DNA of 64,000 nucleotides from Candidatus Fimenecus sp. (lineage in GTDB: Bacteria; Bacillota; Clostridia; Oscillospirales; Acutalibacteraceae): contig JBJEPS010000078.1 in the NCBI GenBank assembly GCA_051881355.1, positions 34,475 through 98,474 on the forward strand, written 5' to 3'. Below are positions 45,991 through 61,045 of this stretch, piece after piece. The notes under the pieces were generated by a model. That model saw only the letters and a program-made list of their open reading frames with translations. It did no database searches and was not told the DNA's origin. The translations under genes and the position numbers were made by a program. Every line of letters starts with the position of its first letter. Positions within the stretch are counted from its first letter, which is position 1.

Positions 45991-47691
45991 ATGGAAAAAG
46001 AAAAGCGCAATGTACTGCGTGAACAGGTTTTGCATGCCGGGACGTTGGTTTTCACAGGTCTTTCCGTCGCTGCGGTTTTCTATTACGCGATTGTATTATC
46101 GAAGAGATTCTATTCCTCGGACACAGCTGATACGATTATGTGGGCGCAAGCCACGTTAGAAAGCGGGCGTATTTTGTCGCCGAATTATTATTACGCGGCA
46201 ATGCTGCCGTTTGGCGGTTCTCTCCTCATGTTACCGTTTGTTGCGCTGTTCGGTCTTTCTTATACTGCGCACGCTTGCGGTATGGCGCTGTTTTTGGGTA
46301 TCTTTTTTGTTGCGTTGTATCTGTTTGCCAAACATCTTTCTTTTTCGCCGAATTTTCGGTTGCTGTTTCTTGCCGCATTTTGCGGCTTGATGCTGTGCAG
46401 CTCCAAATTTCGGGAAATGTTTTGCCAGCATATCATTTATTACAGTCTGAGTATCTTGTTTTTGTTGCTGGGATTTGTGCTGTCTGAAAATTTTTGCAGC
46501 GCGCTTGCGGCAAAGCAGAAAAACCGTTCGATTGCTTTTGGCATCGGGCTGTTTCTGTTTCTGCTGGCGGTTGCAACGGACGGTATGCAGATTATCGGTA
46601 TGGTTACCGTGCCGTTGGCGGCAGCATTTTTGGCAGAGCGATTTTTCTTTCTCCGTGAAAAATTCCTTTCCAAGCAGAATTTGCCGGTGTTTCTGACAGT
46701 ATTGCTGATGGCGGTTGCTACGGCAGTCGGTTTGGTTGTACTTCGTTTTCTGGCAAGAGATACATATGCGGTTGAATATGCAAATGCATACACTTCTTAC
46801 GGGGATTATCCGTATTTGAATCAATGGGTGGACAAGCTTGAAAATTTTTTGGTTAGCTGGTATCATCTGTTCGAGGTCTATTTTTCAGGCGGCGCCTCTT
46901 TAAGCGATTTTTCGCAAATACCTGTTTTGTTGCGGTTTGTTGCAGGCACGTTTTGTCTGTCGGCATTGCCCTTGACGGCAATTTTATATCGAAAAATTGA
47001 GTCTGTTCAAATCCGCCGTCTGTTTTGGGTGGTTACCGTCGTAAGCGGTGTAACGATATTTTTATGGTTCTTCGGGATTGTCTCAGATGCGCCTTGGCGT
47101 TTAATTCCGATGATATCCTGTTGTTTTTTGTTGCTGTTTGCGGAAATTGTGTATTTGTTTACTTGGCAATCCACCAAACGTTTTTCTGTGGTGTCCCTGT
47201 GCATAGTTTTGTTTTTGCTGGTCGATTCTGTTCCGTTTTTGATTGCGAACAAACCGGTAACAACGCCTTGCGGTCGGTGGAATTATATCGTGGAGGAACT
47301 GACACAACGGGGGATTGATATCGGTTATGCAGGCTTTTGGGAGTGCAATGTACTGCGTGTCTTAACTCAAGACAGTTTACATATCCGCTGCGTAACGGCT
47401 GTGGATATGGAGGGCGCGGTGCAATTGATGGATGCTCGATATCAGCAATCAGCTTTGCTTTCGGAAAATACGGATACAACCGAGCCCTGTTTTTTATTGC
47501 TGGATGGGACGCCGGAAGCGCTTCGCGAAAGCTTGGATTGGTCAGAGCTTGCTGCCTATGAAACAGAATGTATCTATGATGCGGACACCGATTGTACAGT
47601 TTTTATTTTTTCTCGGGATATTCGGTTCGCTTTTGCAAAGGTTGATGCAGTCGATGAAGTGCCGGCTGCATCATCTGCCGTAGATGCGTGA
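45991..47691 (+). CDS. large polytopic membrane protein, possibly a GT-C-type glycosyltransferase
   Basis: 566 aa with at least 10 predicted TM helices, acidic residues in the first external loop (SSDTADTIMW) and a soluble C-terminal ~130 aa. The function call is weak. Confidence 0.7.
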   Translation: MEKEKRNVLREQVLHAGTLVFTGLSVAAVFYYAIVLSKRFYSSDTADTIMWAQATLESGRILSPNYYYAAMLPFGGSLLMLPFVALFGLSYTAHACGMALFLGIFFVALYLFAKHLSFSPNFRLLFLAAFCGLMLCSSKFREMFCQHIIYYSLSILFLLLGFVLSENFCSALAAKQKNRSIAFGIGLFLFLLAVATDGMQIIGMVTVPLAAAFLAERFFFLREKFLSKQNLPVFLTVLLMAVATAVGLVVLRFLARDTYAVEYANAYTSYGDYPYLNQWVDKLENFLVSWYHLFEVYFSGGASLSDFSQIPVLLRFVAGTFCLSALPLTAILYRKIESVQIRRLFWVVTVVSGVTIFLWFFGIVSDAPWRLIPMISCCFLLLFAEIVYLFTWQSTKRFSVVSLCIVLFLLVDSVPFLIANKPVTTPCGRWNYIVEELTQRGIDIGYAGFWECNVLRVLTQDSLHIRCVTAVDMEGAVQLMDARYQQSALLSENTDTTEPCFLLLDGTPEALRESLDWSELAAYETECIYDADTDCTVFIFSRDIRFAFAKVDAVDEVPAASSAVDA

Positions 47692-47698
47692 TATAAAA

Positions 47699-47725
47699 AG
47701 CCCGCAGCCAAACGGTTGCGGGCTT
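47699..47725. terminator. bidirectional intrinsic terminator between convergent genes
   Basis: AAGCCCGCAGCC-aaac-GGTTGCGGGCTT, flanked by A-rich and T-rich tracts. Confidence 0.8.
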
Positions 47726-47746
47726 GCTTTTGTATATTTTCGGCAA

Positions 47747-50962
<3,216 letters not shown>

Positions 50963-50966
50963 TCAA

Positions 50967-52163
50967 TTAGCCTTCGTGGCTTGCCGTGTACGCGAGATAT
51001 TCAATAAACTGCTTTGCCGTGCGTGGGCTTCTGCCGCCGTTTCGGAGTGCGTGCGCCTCCGCTTTGAGAAAGAGCTCGTCCTCCGGCATTGTAATCGTAT
51101 ACTGTTTTGCCAAATCGCGCACAATACTTTCATACAGCTTTTTGTCGGGCTTCGAGAAGGTAACTTTTAACCCAAACCGTGCCGAAAGACTGGTCAGCTC
51201 CTGAATGGTGTCCTGCATATGCAGGTCGTCGCCCTCGCGGTCGGACAACCGCTCTTTGACCAAATGGCGGCGGTTGGAGGTGGCATATATTGCAATATTG
51301 TGGCTTCTGCCGGAAACACTGCCCTCCAAAATTGCTTTGAGCGCACCGAAATCGCCGTCATCGGCGGCAAAACTTAAATCGTCAATAAAAATGATAAATT
51401 TCAGCGGATTTTTTGCGAGCGAATCCAAAATATCGGGCAAATAAAACAGCTCGTTTTTCTTGACCTCGATAAGCCGCAGCCCGTCATCTTTAAATTCGTT
51501 GACAATCGCTTTTACCGTACTGCTTTTGCCCGAGCCCGCGTCGCCGTACAGCAAAACATTGTTGCAGGGACACCCTGCAAGCAGAGCTTTTGTGTTGGCA
51601 ATAATGCGGCTTCGTTCAAGCGCATAGCCCGAAAACTCCGAAAGACGTTGCGGGTCCGGGTGGCGGACAGGCGTAATTTTCCCATTTTTCAAACTGAACA
51701 TATGGTATTTTGCAAACATGCCATAGCCGATTTTTGCAATATTGTCGATGCGGTCGGTGTAAACGGCATGTAAGTCAACCGGTGTGTTCTGCCATACGGG
51801 CAGGGGAATTTGAAGCCCCGTAAAGGTATGGAACTCTTCGGCGGTCAAATCGCAAAAGTCCTGTAAAACCGTTAACTCATTGCCGAGCGTCTGCTGATAG
51901 TTTTCCGTCAGCGTTCCTTCGGCGGCGCGGCGTATGTATGCGTTTTCGTCCTCTAAAACCAAATTGACGATATAATCGCTTAGATTATCGCCCTTTTGGT
52001 AGAGTGCCGCAACAAACGCTCCGGCACGCGCGGCGGCTTCTTCAGCGCCGACCTCTTCACGGCGCTTCACGCGCAAAAAAGCAGAAACCGCGCCGTCTTG
52101 TAACAGGGCGCGGAATAATACGAGTGTGCACAGCCGACTTTGTAACATAGATACATCTTGCAT
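50967..52163 (-). CDS. DUF815-family AAA-type ATPase
   Basis: Walker A GDAGSGKSS and Walker B FIIFIDDL. The start is set at MQDV (GGAG 9 nt upstream). Confidence 0.8.
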   Translation of the reverse strand: MQDVSMLQSRLCTLVLFRALLQDGAVSAFLRVKRREEVGAEEAAARAGAFVAALYQKGDNLSDYIVNLVLEDENAYIRRAAEGTLTENYQQTLGNELTVLQDFCDLTAEEFHTFTGLQIPLPVWQNTPVDLHAVYTDRIDNIAKIGYGMFAKYHMFSLKNGKITPVRHPDPQRLSEFSGYALERSRIIANTKALLAGCPCNNVLLYGDAGSGKSSTVKAIVNEFKDDGLRLIEVKKNELFYLPDILDSLAKNPLKFIIFIDDLSFAADDGDFGALKAILEGSVSGRSHNIAIYATSNRRHLVKERLSDREGDDLHMQDTIQELTSLSARFGLKVTFSKPDKKLYESIVRDLAKQYTITMPEDELFLKAEAHALRNGGRSPRTAKQFIEYLAYTASHEG

Positions 52164-52235
52164 GGGGAACATCTCCGAAAAAAGAATACTGCTTTGCAAT
52201 GCGCTGAAAAAACACAGCAATTTATAAAAAAACGC

Positions 52236-52264
52236 TTGACATATAGACTTGACAGGTGTAGAAT
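52236..52264 (+). promoter_or_regulatory. strong sigma-A promoter upstream of rpoB
   Basis: TTGACA, a 17-nt spacer, then TAGAAT, preceded by an A-tract. It leaves a ~170-nt leader before rpoB. Confidence 0.6.
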
Positions 52265-52437
52265 ATTAAACTGCTATTAAAGTGGTAAGGTGTGCTCTTG
52301 CGCATTTAAAAGCATAGGTAGTTTACCATAAAAAATGCCGAAAAGCAACCCTTCCAGCCACAGTTTCTTGTGGGAATCTCCAAGTCCCGTTTCGGGGGCT
52401 TTGTTGAACAAATATAGAACGGAGAGTGATAAGCCCT

Positions 52438-55400
52438 ATGGTGAATGTCAAACCTGTCAAGCTCGGAAGAAACACCCGTATGAGCTTCTCGAAAATCAAT
52501 GAGGTTATGGATATGCCCAACCTTATCGAAATTCAGAAGAATTCGTATCAGTGGTTTTTAGACGAGGGATTAAAAGAGGTATTCCGTGATGTGGCAGACA
52601 TTACGGACTATTCGGGGAACCTGGTATTAAGCTTTGTGGGTTACCGAATGGATGACACCCCCAAATACACCGTAAAAGAGTGCAAGGAGCGCGATGTGAC
52701 CTACGCAGCACCCTTGCGCGTTACTGCACGTCTTTTAAATAAGGAAACGGGCGAAATCAAAGAAAACGAAGTATATATGGGCGATTTCCCGCTGATGACC
52801 GACAGCGGTACGTTCGTCATCAACGGCGCAGAGCGCGTGATTATTTCACAGCTTGTGCGTTCGCCGAGCGTCTATTACGGTATGACGCACGACAAAACCG
52901 GTAAAGAGCTGTATACTGCGACCGTCATTCCGAACCGCGGTGCTTGGCTTGAATATGAGACGGACCAAAACGATTTGTTCTATGTCCGTATCGATAAAAA
53001 CCGCAAAATCTTCATCACGACCTTTATCCGCGCTTTGGGCTTGAGCACGAATCAGGAAATCTTGGAGTTCTTCGGTTATGATGAGCGCATTAAGGCGACC
53101 TTGGAAAAGGACACCACCATCAACACCGAGCAGGCGCTGATTGAAGTGTATAAAAAACTGCGTCCCGGTGAGCCGCCGACACTGGAAACCGCACAGGCAC
53201 ATTTGGACGGGCTGTTCTTTGACCCGCACCGCTATGACCTGTCACGCGTCGGTCGCTACAAATATAATAAAAAGCTCGGCATTTCCGCAAGAATTGCGGG
53301 CTTTAAGGCGAAAGAGCCGATTATCAGCAACGTAACCGGTGAAATCCTCGCCGACGCGGGCGACTATATTTCGTCCGAGCTTGCCTATCGTATCGAGCAG
53401 GCAGGCGTTAATGTTGCCGTGATTGACAACGAAGGCGACGAGGTCAAGGTGTTCTCCAACGGAATGGTGGACATCGGTGAGTATGTGCCGATGTTTACCG
53501 AGGAAGAGCTGGAAGAGCTCGGCATCAACGAAAAGGTCAGCTTTGCGGTACTTCGCGAAGTGCTCGACAAATGCGGCGATGACAAGGACGCCCTTTCCGA
53601 GGAGCTTGCGGCGCGCTGTGACGACCTGATTCCGAAGCACATCACCATTGACGATATTTTTGCAACGATTAACTATCTCAACTGCTTAGGGCACGGCGTC
53701 GGCACCACCGACGATATCGACCACTTGGGCAACCGCCGTATCCGTTCGGTCGGCGAGCTGTTGCAGAACCAGTTCCGTATCGGCTTCTCCCGTATGGAAC
53801 GCGTGGTCAAAGAGCGTATGACATTGCAGGCGCAGGAGCCCGACAAGGTCACACCTGCGGCGCTGATTAACATTCGACCCGTGATGGCAGCGATTAAGGA
53901 ATTCTTCGGTTCTTCGCCGCTGTCGCAGTTCATGGACCAGAACAACCCGCTTGCTGAATTGACGCACAAACGCCGTCTGTCGGCATTGGGTCCCGGCGGT
54001 CTGTCGCGTGACCGCGCCGGGTTTGAGGTCCGCGACGTGCATTACAGCCACTACGGTCGTATGTGCCCCGTGGAAACGCCCGAAGGTCCGAACATCGGCT
54101 TGATTTCGTATCTTGCCACCTTTGCACGCATCAATAAGTACGGCTTTATTGAAGCACCGTTCCGTAGAATCGACAAGGAAACCGGCGTGGTACTCGATGA
54201 AGTCACCTATATGACCGCAGACGTCGAGGACGATTACAAGGTCGCGCAGGCGAACGAGCCGCTTGACGAAAATAACCGTTTTGTCCGCAAAAAGGTCAAT
54301 GTCCGTTACCGCGACGAGTTTATGGAGGTCGAAGCGGGCGAGGCAGACTATATGGATGTCTCCCCGAGAATGATGGTTTCCGTCGCGACCGCGATGATTC
54401 CGTTCCTTGAAAACGACGACGCGAACCGTGCCTTGATGGGCGCGAACATGCAGCGTCAGGCTGTGCCGCTTCTCAAAACCGAATCCCCGATTGTCGGTAC
54501 CGGTATGGAATATCAGGCGGCGGTCGATTCGGGTACGGTCGTGCTTGCAAAACGCGCAGGTACCGTGACCAAGGTCACCGCAGATGTGATTGAGATTACT
54601 GCGGCGGACGGCACGGTTGACCATTACGACTTAATCAAATTTATGCGTTCCAATCAGGGCACATGCGTTAACCAGCGCCCGATTGTCTCGGAGGGACAAA
54701 CCGTCGAGGAAAAAGAAGTCATCGCAGACGGTCCCGCAACCTCCAACGGCGAAATCTCGCTCGGTAAAAACGCCTTAATCGGCTTTATGACCTGGGAAGG
54801 CTACAACTACGAGGACGCCGTGCTTATCAATGAAAAATTGGTACGCAACGATGTGTATACCTCGGTGCATATTGAAGAATACGAGCTCGAATCTCGTGAC
54901 ACCAAGCTCGGACCGGAGGAAATCACCCGTGATATTCCGAATGTCGGCGAGGACGCACTTGCAAACCTCGACGAAAACGGCATTATCCGCATCGGTGCAG
55001 AGGTGCACTCGGGCGATATTTTGGTCGGTAAGGTTACCCCGAAGGGCGAAACCGAGCTGACCGCAGAGGAACGTCTGCTGCGCGCCATCTTCGGCGAGAA
55101 AGCACGCGAGGTGCGCGACACCTCCTTGCGTGTGCCGCACGGTGAATACGGTATCGTTGTAGATGTCGAAATCTTCACCCGTGAAAACAGCGACGAATTG
55201 AGCCCCGGCGTCAACCAGGTTGTCCGTTGCTATATCGCACAGAAGCGGAAAATCTCTGTCGGCGATAAAATGGCGGGCCGCCACGGCAATAAGGGCGTTG
55301 TTTCCCGCATCTTGCCGCAGGAGGATATGCCGTTCTTAGATGACGGTACACCGCTTGACATTGTGCTCAATCCCTTGGGCGTTCCGTCCCGTATGAATAT

Positions 55401-56175
55401 CGGGCAGGTTTTGGAAGTGCATTTGGGCTTTGCCTACCGCAAGCTCGGGCAAAAGATTGCCACGCCTGTTTTCGACGGTGCACACGAAGCGGATATCCGC
55501 GAAGCGCTCAAAGAAGCCGGCTACCGTGAGGACGGCAAATCCATTTTGACCGACGGCAGAACAGGCTTGAAATTCGACAACCCGATTACGGTCGGCGTAA
55601 TGTACTTCTTAAAGCTCCACCACTTGGTTGATGATAAGATTCACGCCAGAAGCACAGGTCCGTACTCCCTGGTTACGCAGCAGCCGTTGGGCGGTAAAGC
55701 GCAGTTCGGCGGTCAGCGTTTCGGTGAAATGGAAGTTTGGGCACTGGAAGCTTACGGCGCGGCTTATACCTTGCAGGAGATTCTGACCATCAAGTCCGAC
55801 GATATTGTCGGTCGTGTCAAGACCTATGAGTCTATCGTGAAGGGCTTAAATGTCCCGCAGCCGGGTATTCCCGAATCCTTCAAGGTTTTGATTAAGGAAC
55901 TGCAATCCTTGGCACTCGATGTGAAGGTGCTCGATAAAGACGGCGAGGAAATTGACCTGCGCCAAACCTTCGAGGACGAAATTAACGATGTCGGTGCAGT
56001 TATCAGCGAAGAGGACACTTTGAATACCGACGTTGTGAATGATGTCACGCTCGATGACGGGTATGTTGCGGATGAAGACGCGGAAAAAGAACTCGGCGAG
56101 GACGCGTTCAATGATTATTTGGACGACGAGGAGGAAGATTTCTCCGGCGACGAGTTGATGGATGAAGAATTCTAA
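52438..56175 (+). CDS. rpoB: DNA-directed RNA polymerase subunit beta
   Basis: Canonical RpoB sequence ([15 protein letters not shown]..., [10 protein letters not shown]). Acidic C-terminal tail. The ATG at 52438 is preferred over the GTG at 52426. Confidence 0.98.
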   Translation: MVNVKPVKLGRNTRMSFSKINEVMDMPNLIEIQKNSYQWFLDEGLKEVFRDVADITDYSGNLVLSFVGYRMDDTPKYTVKECKERDVTYAAPLRVTARLLNKETGEIKENEVYMGDFPLMTDSGTFVINGAERVIISQLVRSPSVYYGMTHDKTGKELYTATVIPNRGAWLEYETDQNDLFYVRIDKNRKIFITTFIRALGLSTNQEILEFFGYDERIKATLEKDTTINTEQALIEVYKKLRPGEPPTLETAQAHLDGLFFDPHRYDLSRVGRYKYNKKLGISARIAGFKAKEPIISNVTGEILADAGDYISSELAYRIEQAGVNVAVIDNEGDEVKVFSNGMVDIGEYVPMFTEEELEELGINEKVSFAVLREVLDKCGDDKDALSEELAARCDDLIPKHITIDDIFATINYLNCLGHGVGTTDDIDHLGNRRIRSVGELLQNQFRIGFSRMERVVKERMTLQAQEPDKVTPAALINIRPVMAAIKEFFGSSPLSQFMDQNNPLAELTHKRRLSALGPGGLSRDRAGFEVRDVHYSHYGRMCPVETPEGPNIGLISYLATFARINKYGFIEAPFRRIDKETGVVLDEVTYMTADVEDDYKVAQANEPLDENNRFVRKKVNVRYRDEFMEVEAGEADYMDVSPRMMVSVATAMIPFLENDDANRALMGANMQRQAVPLLKTESPIVGTGMEYQAAVDSGTVVLAKRAGTVTKVTADVIEITAADGTVDHYDLIKFMRSNQGTCVNQRPIVSEGQTVEEKEVIADGPATSNGEISLGKNALIGFMTWEGYNYEDAVLINEKLVRNDVYTSVHIEEYELESRDTKLGPEEITRDIPNVGEDALANLDENGIIRIGAEVHSGDILVGKVTPKGETELTAEERLLRAIFGEKAREVRDTSLRVPHGEYGIVVDVEIFTRENSDELSPGVNQVVRCYIAQKRKISVGDKMAGRHGNKGVVSRILPQEDMPFLDDGTPLDIVLNPLGVPSRMNIGQVLEVHLGFAYRKLGQKIATPVFDGAHEADIREALKEAGYREDGKSILTDGRTGLKFDNPITVGVMYFLKLHHLVDDKIHARSTGPYSLVTQQPLGGKAQFGGQRFGEMEVWALEAYGAAYTLQEILTIKSDDIVGRVKTYESIVKGLNVPQPGIPESFKVLIKELQSLALDVKVLDKDGEEIDLRQTFEDEINDVGAVISEEDTLNTDVVNDVTLDDGYVADEDAEKELGEDAFNDYLDDEEEDFSGDELMDEEF

Positions 56176-56225
56176 CCGTTCGCAGCTTTGTTTCGTGCAC
56201 TGATTAAGGAAGAAGGTACTGACAG

Positions 56226-59200
56226 ATGGAAAATATATCATTTGAATCAATCAAAATCGGTCTTGCCTCGCCCGACCAGATTCGTGAATGGTCCTACGGC
56301 GAAGTCAAAAAGCCCGAAACCATAAACTACCGTACTTTGAAACCCGAGCGCGACGGTCTTTATTGCGAACGCATTTTCGGGCCGACAAAGGACTGGGAGT
56401 GCCACTGCGGCAAATATAAGCGGATTCGCTACAAAGGCAAGGTCTGCGAGCGTTGCGGCGTGGAAATCACCAAATCCAAGGTGCGCCGTGAACGCATGGG
56501 GCACATTGAATTGGTTGCGCCCGTTTCGCACATTTGGTATTTCAAGGGGATTCCGTCGAGAATGGGTCTGATTTTGGATATTTCTCCGCGTGACCTTGAA
56601 AAGGTGCTGTATTTTGCAAAATACATTGTTACCGACCCCGGCGACACGGAATTGACCAAAATGCAGATTCTTTCCGAGAAAGAATACCTCGATATGCGCG
56701 AAAAATACGAGGACGATTTTAAAGCAGGTATGGGTGCGGAAGCGATCAAAATCCTGTTAGAAGAAATCGATGTGGACGCGCTCAGCGCACAGCTTCGTGA
56801 GGAGCTTGCTGACGCCACCGGGCAAAAGAAAACCCGTATTCTTAAGCGCTTGGAGGTTGCCGAAGCGTTTAAGCAGTCGGGCAACCGCCCCGAATGGATG
56901 GTTTTGGACGTCCTGCCGGTCATTCCGCCCGATATTCGCCCGATGGTCCAACTTGACGGCGGTCGTTTTGCAACCTCGGACTTAAATGACCTGTACAGAC
57001 GCGTAATCAATCGTAACAATCGTTTGAAGAGACTGTTGGAGCTGAACGCGCCCGAAATCATTATCCGCAACGAAAAAAGAATGTTGCAGGAAGCCGTTGA
57101 CGCGCTGATTGACAACGGCAGACGCGGCAGACCGGTGACAGGTCCCAACAACCGCGCTTTAAAATCGCTTTCCGATATGCTCAAAGGTAAGCAAGGTCGT
57201 TTCCGTCAAAACCTGTTAGGTAAGCGTGTTGACTATTCCGGTCGTTCGGTTATCGTGGTCGGCCCCGAACTGAAGATTTATCAGTGCGGTCTGCCGAAAG
57301 AAATGGCATTGGAACTGTTTAAACCCTTTGTTATGAAGCGTTTGGTGGAAACCGGTGTTGCCGGAAACATCAAATCCGCCCGTAAAATGGTGGAGCGCTC
57401 CAAAACTGAGGTTTGGGACGCTTTGGAAGTGGTCATTAAAGACCACCCCGTGATGCTCAACCGCGCGCCGACCTTGCACAGACTCGGTATTCAAGCGTTT
57501 GAACCTGTTTTGGTCGAGGGCAGAGCCATTAAGCTCCACCCGTTGTGCTGTACCGCATTTAACGCGGACTTCGACGGCGACCAAATGGCGGTGCACGTAC
57601 CGCTTTCCGCAGAAGCACAGGCAGAAGCAAGACTGCTGATGCTTGCCGCGAACAACCTGTTAAAGCCCTCCGACGGGAAACCCGTTGCCGTGCCCACGCA
57701 GGATATGATTCTCGGCTCGTATTATTTGACGATGGATAAGGACGACGACCCGGGCAACGGCAAGGTGTTTACCGGTTTTGACGAAGCAGTTATGGCTTAC
57801 GATGAAGGCTATATCGGGCTGCATTCGAAAATCAAGGTGCGTATGACGAAGGAAATCGACGGCGAAATCCGTTCGGAGCTTCTCGATACCACCCTCGGTA
57901 AAATTATTTTCAACAATCCCATTCCGCAGGATTTGGGCTTTGTAGATAGAAGCGACCCTGCCAATGCGTTTAAATTAGAGGTGGATTTCCTCGTCAACAA
58001 AAAGACGCTTGGGCAGATTATCGACAAGTGCATTAAGGTGCACGGCGTAACCGTCGCCGCCGAAATGCTGGATAAAATCAAGGCACAGGGCTACAAGTAT
58101 TCCACCAAGAGCGGTATCACCGTTGCGGTTTGCGACGCGACCATTCCGCCGCAGAAAGAGGAATTGCTGCAAAAGGCAGAGGAACGCGTCGATGCCATCA
58201 CCGCCAACTACAAAATGGGCTTGATGAGCAACGCAGAACGCTCCAAATCCATCATCAAGGTTTGGGAGGAGTGCACCAATAAGGTCGCCCAGGGCTTGAA
58301 AGACAACCTCGGCAAAGAGAATCCCATTTATATGATGGTTGACTCCGGTGCGCGTGGTTCGGAAAGCCAGCTGCGTCAGCTTGCCGGTATGCGCGGTCTT
58401 ATCGCGAACACGGCAGGTAAAACGATTGAAGTCCCGATTCGTGCAAACTACCGCGAGGGCTTGAATGTTCTCGAATACTTCATTTCTTCGCGCGGTGCAC
58501 GTAAAGGCTTGGCGGATACCGCACTTCGTACTGCGGACTCCGGTTATCTGACCAGACGTCTGGTTGACGTTTCGCAGGACGTGATTATCCGTGAAGAGGA
58601 TTGCCACTGCCACGACGGCATTGAGGTTTACGACATCACCGACGGCAAGGAAATGATTGAGCCTTTGAAAGAACGCTTGACCGGTCGTTATCTGTTGGAG
58701 GATTTCGTTGACGAAACCACCGGCGAACTGATTCATTCCAAAGACGAAATGATGACCGAAGATGTTGCCGAAAAAATTGCGGATTTGGTCAATGCCCGTG
58801 AAAATCCGGAGGACCGCCGCATCAAGATTCGTTCGCTGTTGACCTGTGAGTCCGAGCACGGCGTCTGCATTAAGTGCTACGGCTCGAATCTGGCAACCGG
58901 CGAGCCTGTCACCGTCGGCGAAGCGGTCGGCATTATCGCCGCACAGTCCATCGGTGAACCCGGTACACAGTTGACGATGCGTACCTTCCATACCGGCGGT
59001 ATCGCGTCGAGCCAGGATATTACACAAGGTTTACCGCGTGTTGAAGAACTGTTTGAGGCGAGAAAACCGAAAACACTCGCGATTCTTGCTGAAATTGACG
59101 GTCGCCTTTCGTTCCGCGAAATCAAAAAGAACGAGCATATCGTCATTACCAACGACGAGACTGCCGACGAGAGAAGCTATTTGATTCCGTACGGCTTCCG

Positions 59201-59813
59201 TAAACGGTTCAATACCGAAACCGATGCCGACGGCAACCCGATTTATGTTAAGAAGGGGACAGCGCTCACCGAGGGCTCGCCCAATCCGCATGATATTCTC
59301 GCGATTAACGGCGTCAATGCAGTGCATGATTATCTGATTAAAGAAGTACAGCGCACCTACCGTATGCAGGGTGTTGATATCAACGATAAGCATATTGAAG
59401 TTATCGTGCGTCAGATGATGCGTAAACTCAAAGTTGACGAACCCGGTTCGACTTCGCTGTTGCCCGGTGCCACCGTGGAAAAGAACGAGTTTGCCTATGC
59501 CAACCGTGAAGCGGAACAGTATGCGCAAGAACACGGCACGGAATTTGTGCCTGCGACTTGCTCGCCGGTACTGCTCGGTATTACCAAAGCCTCATTGGCA
59601 ACCGATTCGTTCCTGTCGGCGGCTTCCTTCCAGGAGACCACCCGCGTGCTGACTGACGCCGCCATTAAGGGCAAGGTTGACCCGCTGATGGGCTTGAAAG
59701 AAAATGTTATCATCGGGAAGCTGTTGCCGTCCGGCACGGGTATGAAATGCTACAGCAATGTAGAATTAGAACCTGCAGCCGAAGAAACCGACGACGAAGA
59801 GGTTACCGCATAA
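56226..59813 (+). CDS. rpoC: DNA-directed RNA polymerase subunit beta'
   Basis: Zn finger CHCGKYK...CERCG and catalytic NADFDGDQM. Confidence 0.98.
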   Translation: MENISFESIKIGLASPDQIREWSYGEVKKPETINYRTLKPERDGLYCERIFGPTKDWECHCGKYKRIRYKGKVCERCGVEITKSKVRRERMGHIELVAPVSHIWYFKGIPSRMGLILDISPRDLEKVLYFAKYIVTDPGDTELTKMQILSEKEYLDMREKYEDDFKAGMGAEAIKILLEEIDVDALSAQLREELADATGQKKTRILKRLEVAEAFKQSGNRPEWMVLDVLPVIPPDIRPMVQLDGGRFATSDLNDLYRRVINRNNRLKRLLELNAPEIIIRNEKRMLQEAVDALIDNGRRGRPVTGPNNRALKSLSDMLKGKQGRFRQNLLGKRVDYSGRSVIVVGPELKIYQCGLPKEMALELFKPFVMKRLVETGVAGNIKSARKMVERSKTEVWDALEVVIKDHPVMLNRAPTLHRLGIQAFEPVLVEGRAIKLHPLCCTAFNADFDGDQMAVHVPLSAEAQAEARLLMLAANNLLKPSDGKPVAVPTQDMILGSYYLTMDKDDDPGNGKVFTGFDEAVMAYDEGYIGLHSKIKVRMTKEIDGEIRSELLDTTLGKIIFNNPIPQDLGFVDRSDPANAFKLEVDFLVNKKTLGQIIDKCIKVHGVTVAAEMLDKIKAQGYKYSTKSGITVAVCDATIPPQKEELLQKAEERVDAITANYKMGLMSNAERSKSIIKVWEECTNKVAQGLKDNLGKENPIYMMVDSGARGSESQLRQLAGMRGLIANTAGKTIEVPIRANYREGLNVLEYFISSRGARKGLADTALRTADSGYLTRRLVDVSQDVIIREEDCHCHDGIEVYDITDGKEMIEPLKERLTGRYLLEDFVDETTGELIHSKDEMMTEDVAEKIADLVNARENPEDRRIKIRSLLTCESEHGVCIKCYGSNLATGEPVTVGEAVGIIAAQSIGEPGTQLTMRTFHTGGIASSQDITQGLPRVEELFEARKPKTLAILAEIDGRLSFREIKKNEHIVITNDETADERSYLIPYGFRKRFNTETDADGNPIYVKKGTALTEGSPNPHDILAINGVNAVHDYLIKEVQRTYRMQGVDINDKHIEVIVRQMMRKLKVDEPGSTSLLPGATVEKNEFAYANREAEQYAQEHGTEFVPATCSPVLLGITKASLATDSFLSAASFQETTRVLTDAAIKGKVDPLMGLKENVIIGKLLPSGTGMKCYSNVELEPAAEETDDEEVTA

Positions 59814-59831
59814 CAATTTTTGTAAAAAGGC

Positions 59832-59861
59832 TTGACAAGGTAAGGTTTTCAGTGCTAAAAT
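59832..59861 (+). promoter_or_regulatory. promoter of the rpsL-rpsG-fusA operon
   Basis: TTGACA, an 18-nt spacer, then TAAAAT, with an upstream AAAAAGGC tract. It is followed by a 5' hairpin at 59876..59916. Confidence 0.55.
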
Positions 59862-59960
59862 CTTACCTTGTGTGAGCAAAGCGAACATCTTTTTTCAAAA
59901 GAGATGTCCGCTTTGCTGACACGCTGTGTCAAAAATTATTTTAAAAAGGAGGAAAATGAC

Positions 59961-60383
59961 TTGCCAACCTTTAACCAACTTGTTCGCAACGGCAGACAGA
60001 CACTCGAAAAGAAATCGAAGGCTCCGGCACTTGGGAAAGGTCTTAACTCGAAAAAGAATGTTATGACCGACAACGCTTCTCCGCAAAAGCGCGGCGTTTG
60101 CACCGTCGTCAAAACCGACACCCCGAAAAAGCCGAACTCTGCACTTCGTAAGCTTGCCAGAGTGCGTCTTACGAACGGAATCGAAGTTTCCGCTTACATT
60201 CCGGGCGTAGGTCACAATCTGCAGGAACACAGTGTTGTGCTCATCAGAGGCGGCCGTGTGAAGGACCTTCCCGGTGTGCGTTACCACATCATTCGCGGTA
60301 CGCTCGACACCCAGGGCGTTAACGGCAGAATGCAGGCCCGTTCCAAATACGGTGCAAAGCGTCCGAAGAGCGCCAAGAAATAA
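59961..60383 (+). CDS. rpsL: 30S ribosomal protein S12
   Basis: TTG start with AAGGAGG 8 nt upstream. (M)[11 protein letters not shown]..., [10 protein letters not shown], and the Clostridia-type insertion [21 protein letters not shown]. Confidence 0.95.
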   Translation: MPTFNQLVRNGRQTLEKKSKAPALGKGLNSKKNVMTDNASPQKRGVCTVVKTDTPKKPNSALRKLARVRLTNGIEVSAYIPGVGHNLQEHSVVLIRGGRVKDLPGVRYHIIRGTLDTQGVNGRMQARSKYGAKRPKSAKK

Positions 60384-60463
60384 GACTTTTTCGTAAGTCT
60401 TACCCAAAAAACGACAGAATCTACTTGCAAAGGTTTACCGATGCAGGGTTATACTATATATAG

Positions 60464-61012
<549 letters not shown>

Positions 61013-61045
61013 TTACAGCCGTTTTTATAAGGTTTGGAGGATGTT

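Noticed and set aside
53686-59027. Long antisense ORFs inside rpoB and rpoC (53686..54624, 54775..55284, 57975..59027 and others)
   Set aside because: They lie opposite canonical RpoB/RpoC sequence, with no motifs and no translation signals.
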